A DNA stretch of 64,000 bases, from NCBI RefSeq assembly GCF_004010195.1, contig NC_057750.1, forward strand, positions 7,771,946 to 7,835,945, written 5' to 3'. This document shows, in pieces, positions 63,193 to 64,000 of this stretch. The position numbers and the translations under genes are program-made. Origin of the DNA: Chiloscyllium plagiosum. Taxonomy: Eukaryota. Below the pieces are notes generated by a model. It was not told where the DNA came from, did no database searches, and worked only from the letters and a program-made list of their open reading frames with translations. How positions within the stretch are numbered: position 1 is the stretch's first letter; every line of letters begins with the position of its first letter.

Positions 63193-63346
63193 TGATGTAA
63201 AAACAAGGGCTGCAGATGCTGGAAACCAGATTCTAGATTAGTGGTGCTGGAAAAGCACAGCAGTTCAGGAGCTTTTGCCCGAAACATCGATTTTCCTGCT
63301 CCTCGGATGCTGCCTGAACTGTTGCGCTTTTCCAGCACCACTCTAA
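63193..63346. mobile_element. Fold-back PLE terminal insertion (family B variant)
   Basis: Inverted arms. TSD-like TCAGGAAAAC(T/C)AG at 63180-63192 and 63347-63359. Confidence 0.72.
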
Positions 63347-64000
63347 TCAGGAAAACCAGTGACTTCAATCTGTGACCCAAATTCTATTTCTCAGTTATAA
63401 ATTCTTTTCTTTTGGAACTGTGTTTCTGTATCTTACTGCTTGCAACTGTATTATCTGAAAACTGGCTAACAAGCTTTCAATTACCACTGCTCCACTGACC
63501 AAAACCCTGGACTTCCATCATGATCATAGAAGTAAAATAGAGTTAAATAGAGGCAAGGAGTTTGACAAAAGGACTATACTTGAAAGCATTCTGAGACAAC
63601 ACAAAGGCCATCACCAAGCTTGTTTTCCATCTACTTGCATAAGTGGAGCAAACATATCCTGAAGTTGAAACGTTTTTAGGAACATCAAAGGCTTGGTAGC
63701 CAACAGTGCAAATAGGTTGTTATAGATACATGGAAGGTAGTCATCATAAAAGAGTTGGTAACAATAGAGATACTCTACAGTAAAATATTCAATGCCAGTA
63801 GCTTGCAAGCATTTTTTAAAAAATCTTTGGGTCTTTTAGCATGAAGACTTGCAAGCCACATATATAGTTGATCTGGAAATTGATCTTCCAGTTTAGGATT
63901 TATTCATAATTGAGGCAACATCTCCAAGAGTAGCCTATTCCAAACCCTTAGTTTCTTTGAAACTAACGGACCAATAAGTGCTAAGAGAATGGAGTTGCCT

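Noticed and set aside
63611..63808. Upstream STRN4 exon (expected to end ...GRQLLRQ)
   Set aside because: The motif is not present. That exon must lie beyond position 64000.

Overview
Eukaryotic, repeat-rich vertebrate genomic DNA, almost certainly from a shark (inferred from HE1-type V-SINEs and HER1/CR1 LINEs). It is not prokaryotic: no CRISPR array, operon, rRNA or true tRNA gene was found. The right half holds the 3' part of one minus-strand striatin-family gene, best read as STRN4 (zinedin). I reconstructed 13 coding exons by hand (61314 down to the TGA at 43397-43399). All have GT-AG boundaries and consistent phases, total 1720 nt, and give about 572 aa ending in the WD40 propeller ...AGADALAKVFV*. 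The 5' exons lie beyond the window. A donor 37 nt after the stop and a strong acceptor at 41069-41070 suggest a separate, long non-coding last exon running to a poly(A) signal near 34190. The left ~34 kb is intergenic, with no host exon I can support. It is filled with CR1 LINE fragments, HE1 and other SINEs, Deu-domain SINE relics, L1 and Tx1 fragments, pogo/Tigger-type MITEs and at least three Penelope-like element (PLE) families, plus one 464-N assembly gap. The most notable signals are (i) many minimal hammerhead-ribozyme cores in PLE termini, some in sense orientation within STRN4 introns, (ii) a candidate poison (NMD) cassette exon in STRN4, and (iii) the 3'UTR intron architecture. Most listed ORFs are transposon debris or spurious. 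I found no evidence of a wholly new multi-gene system.
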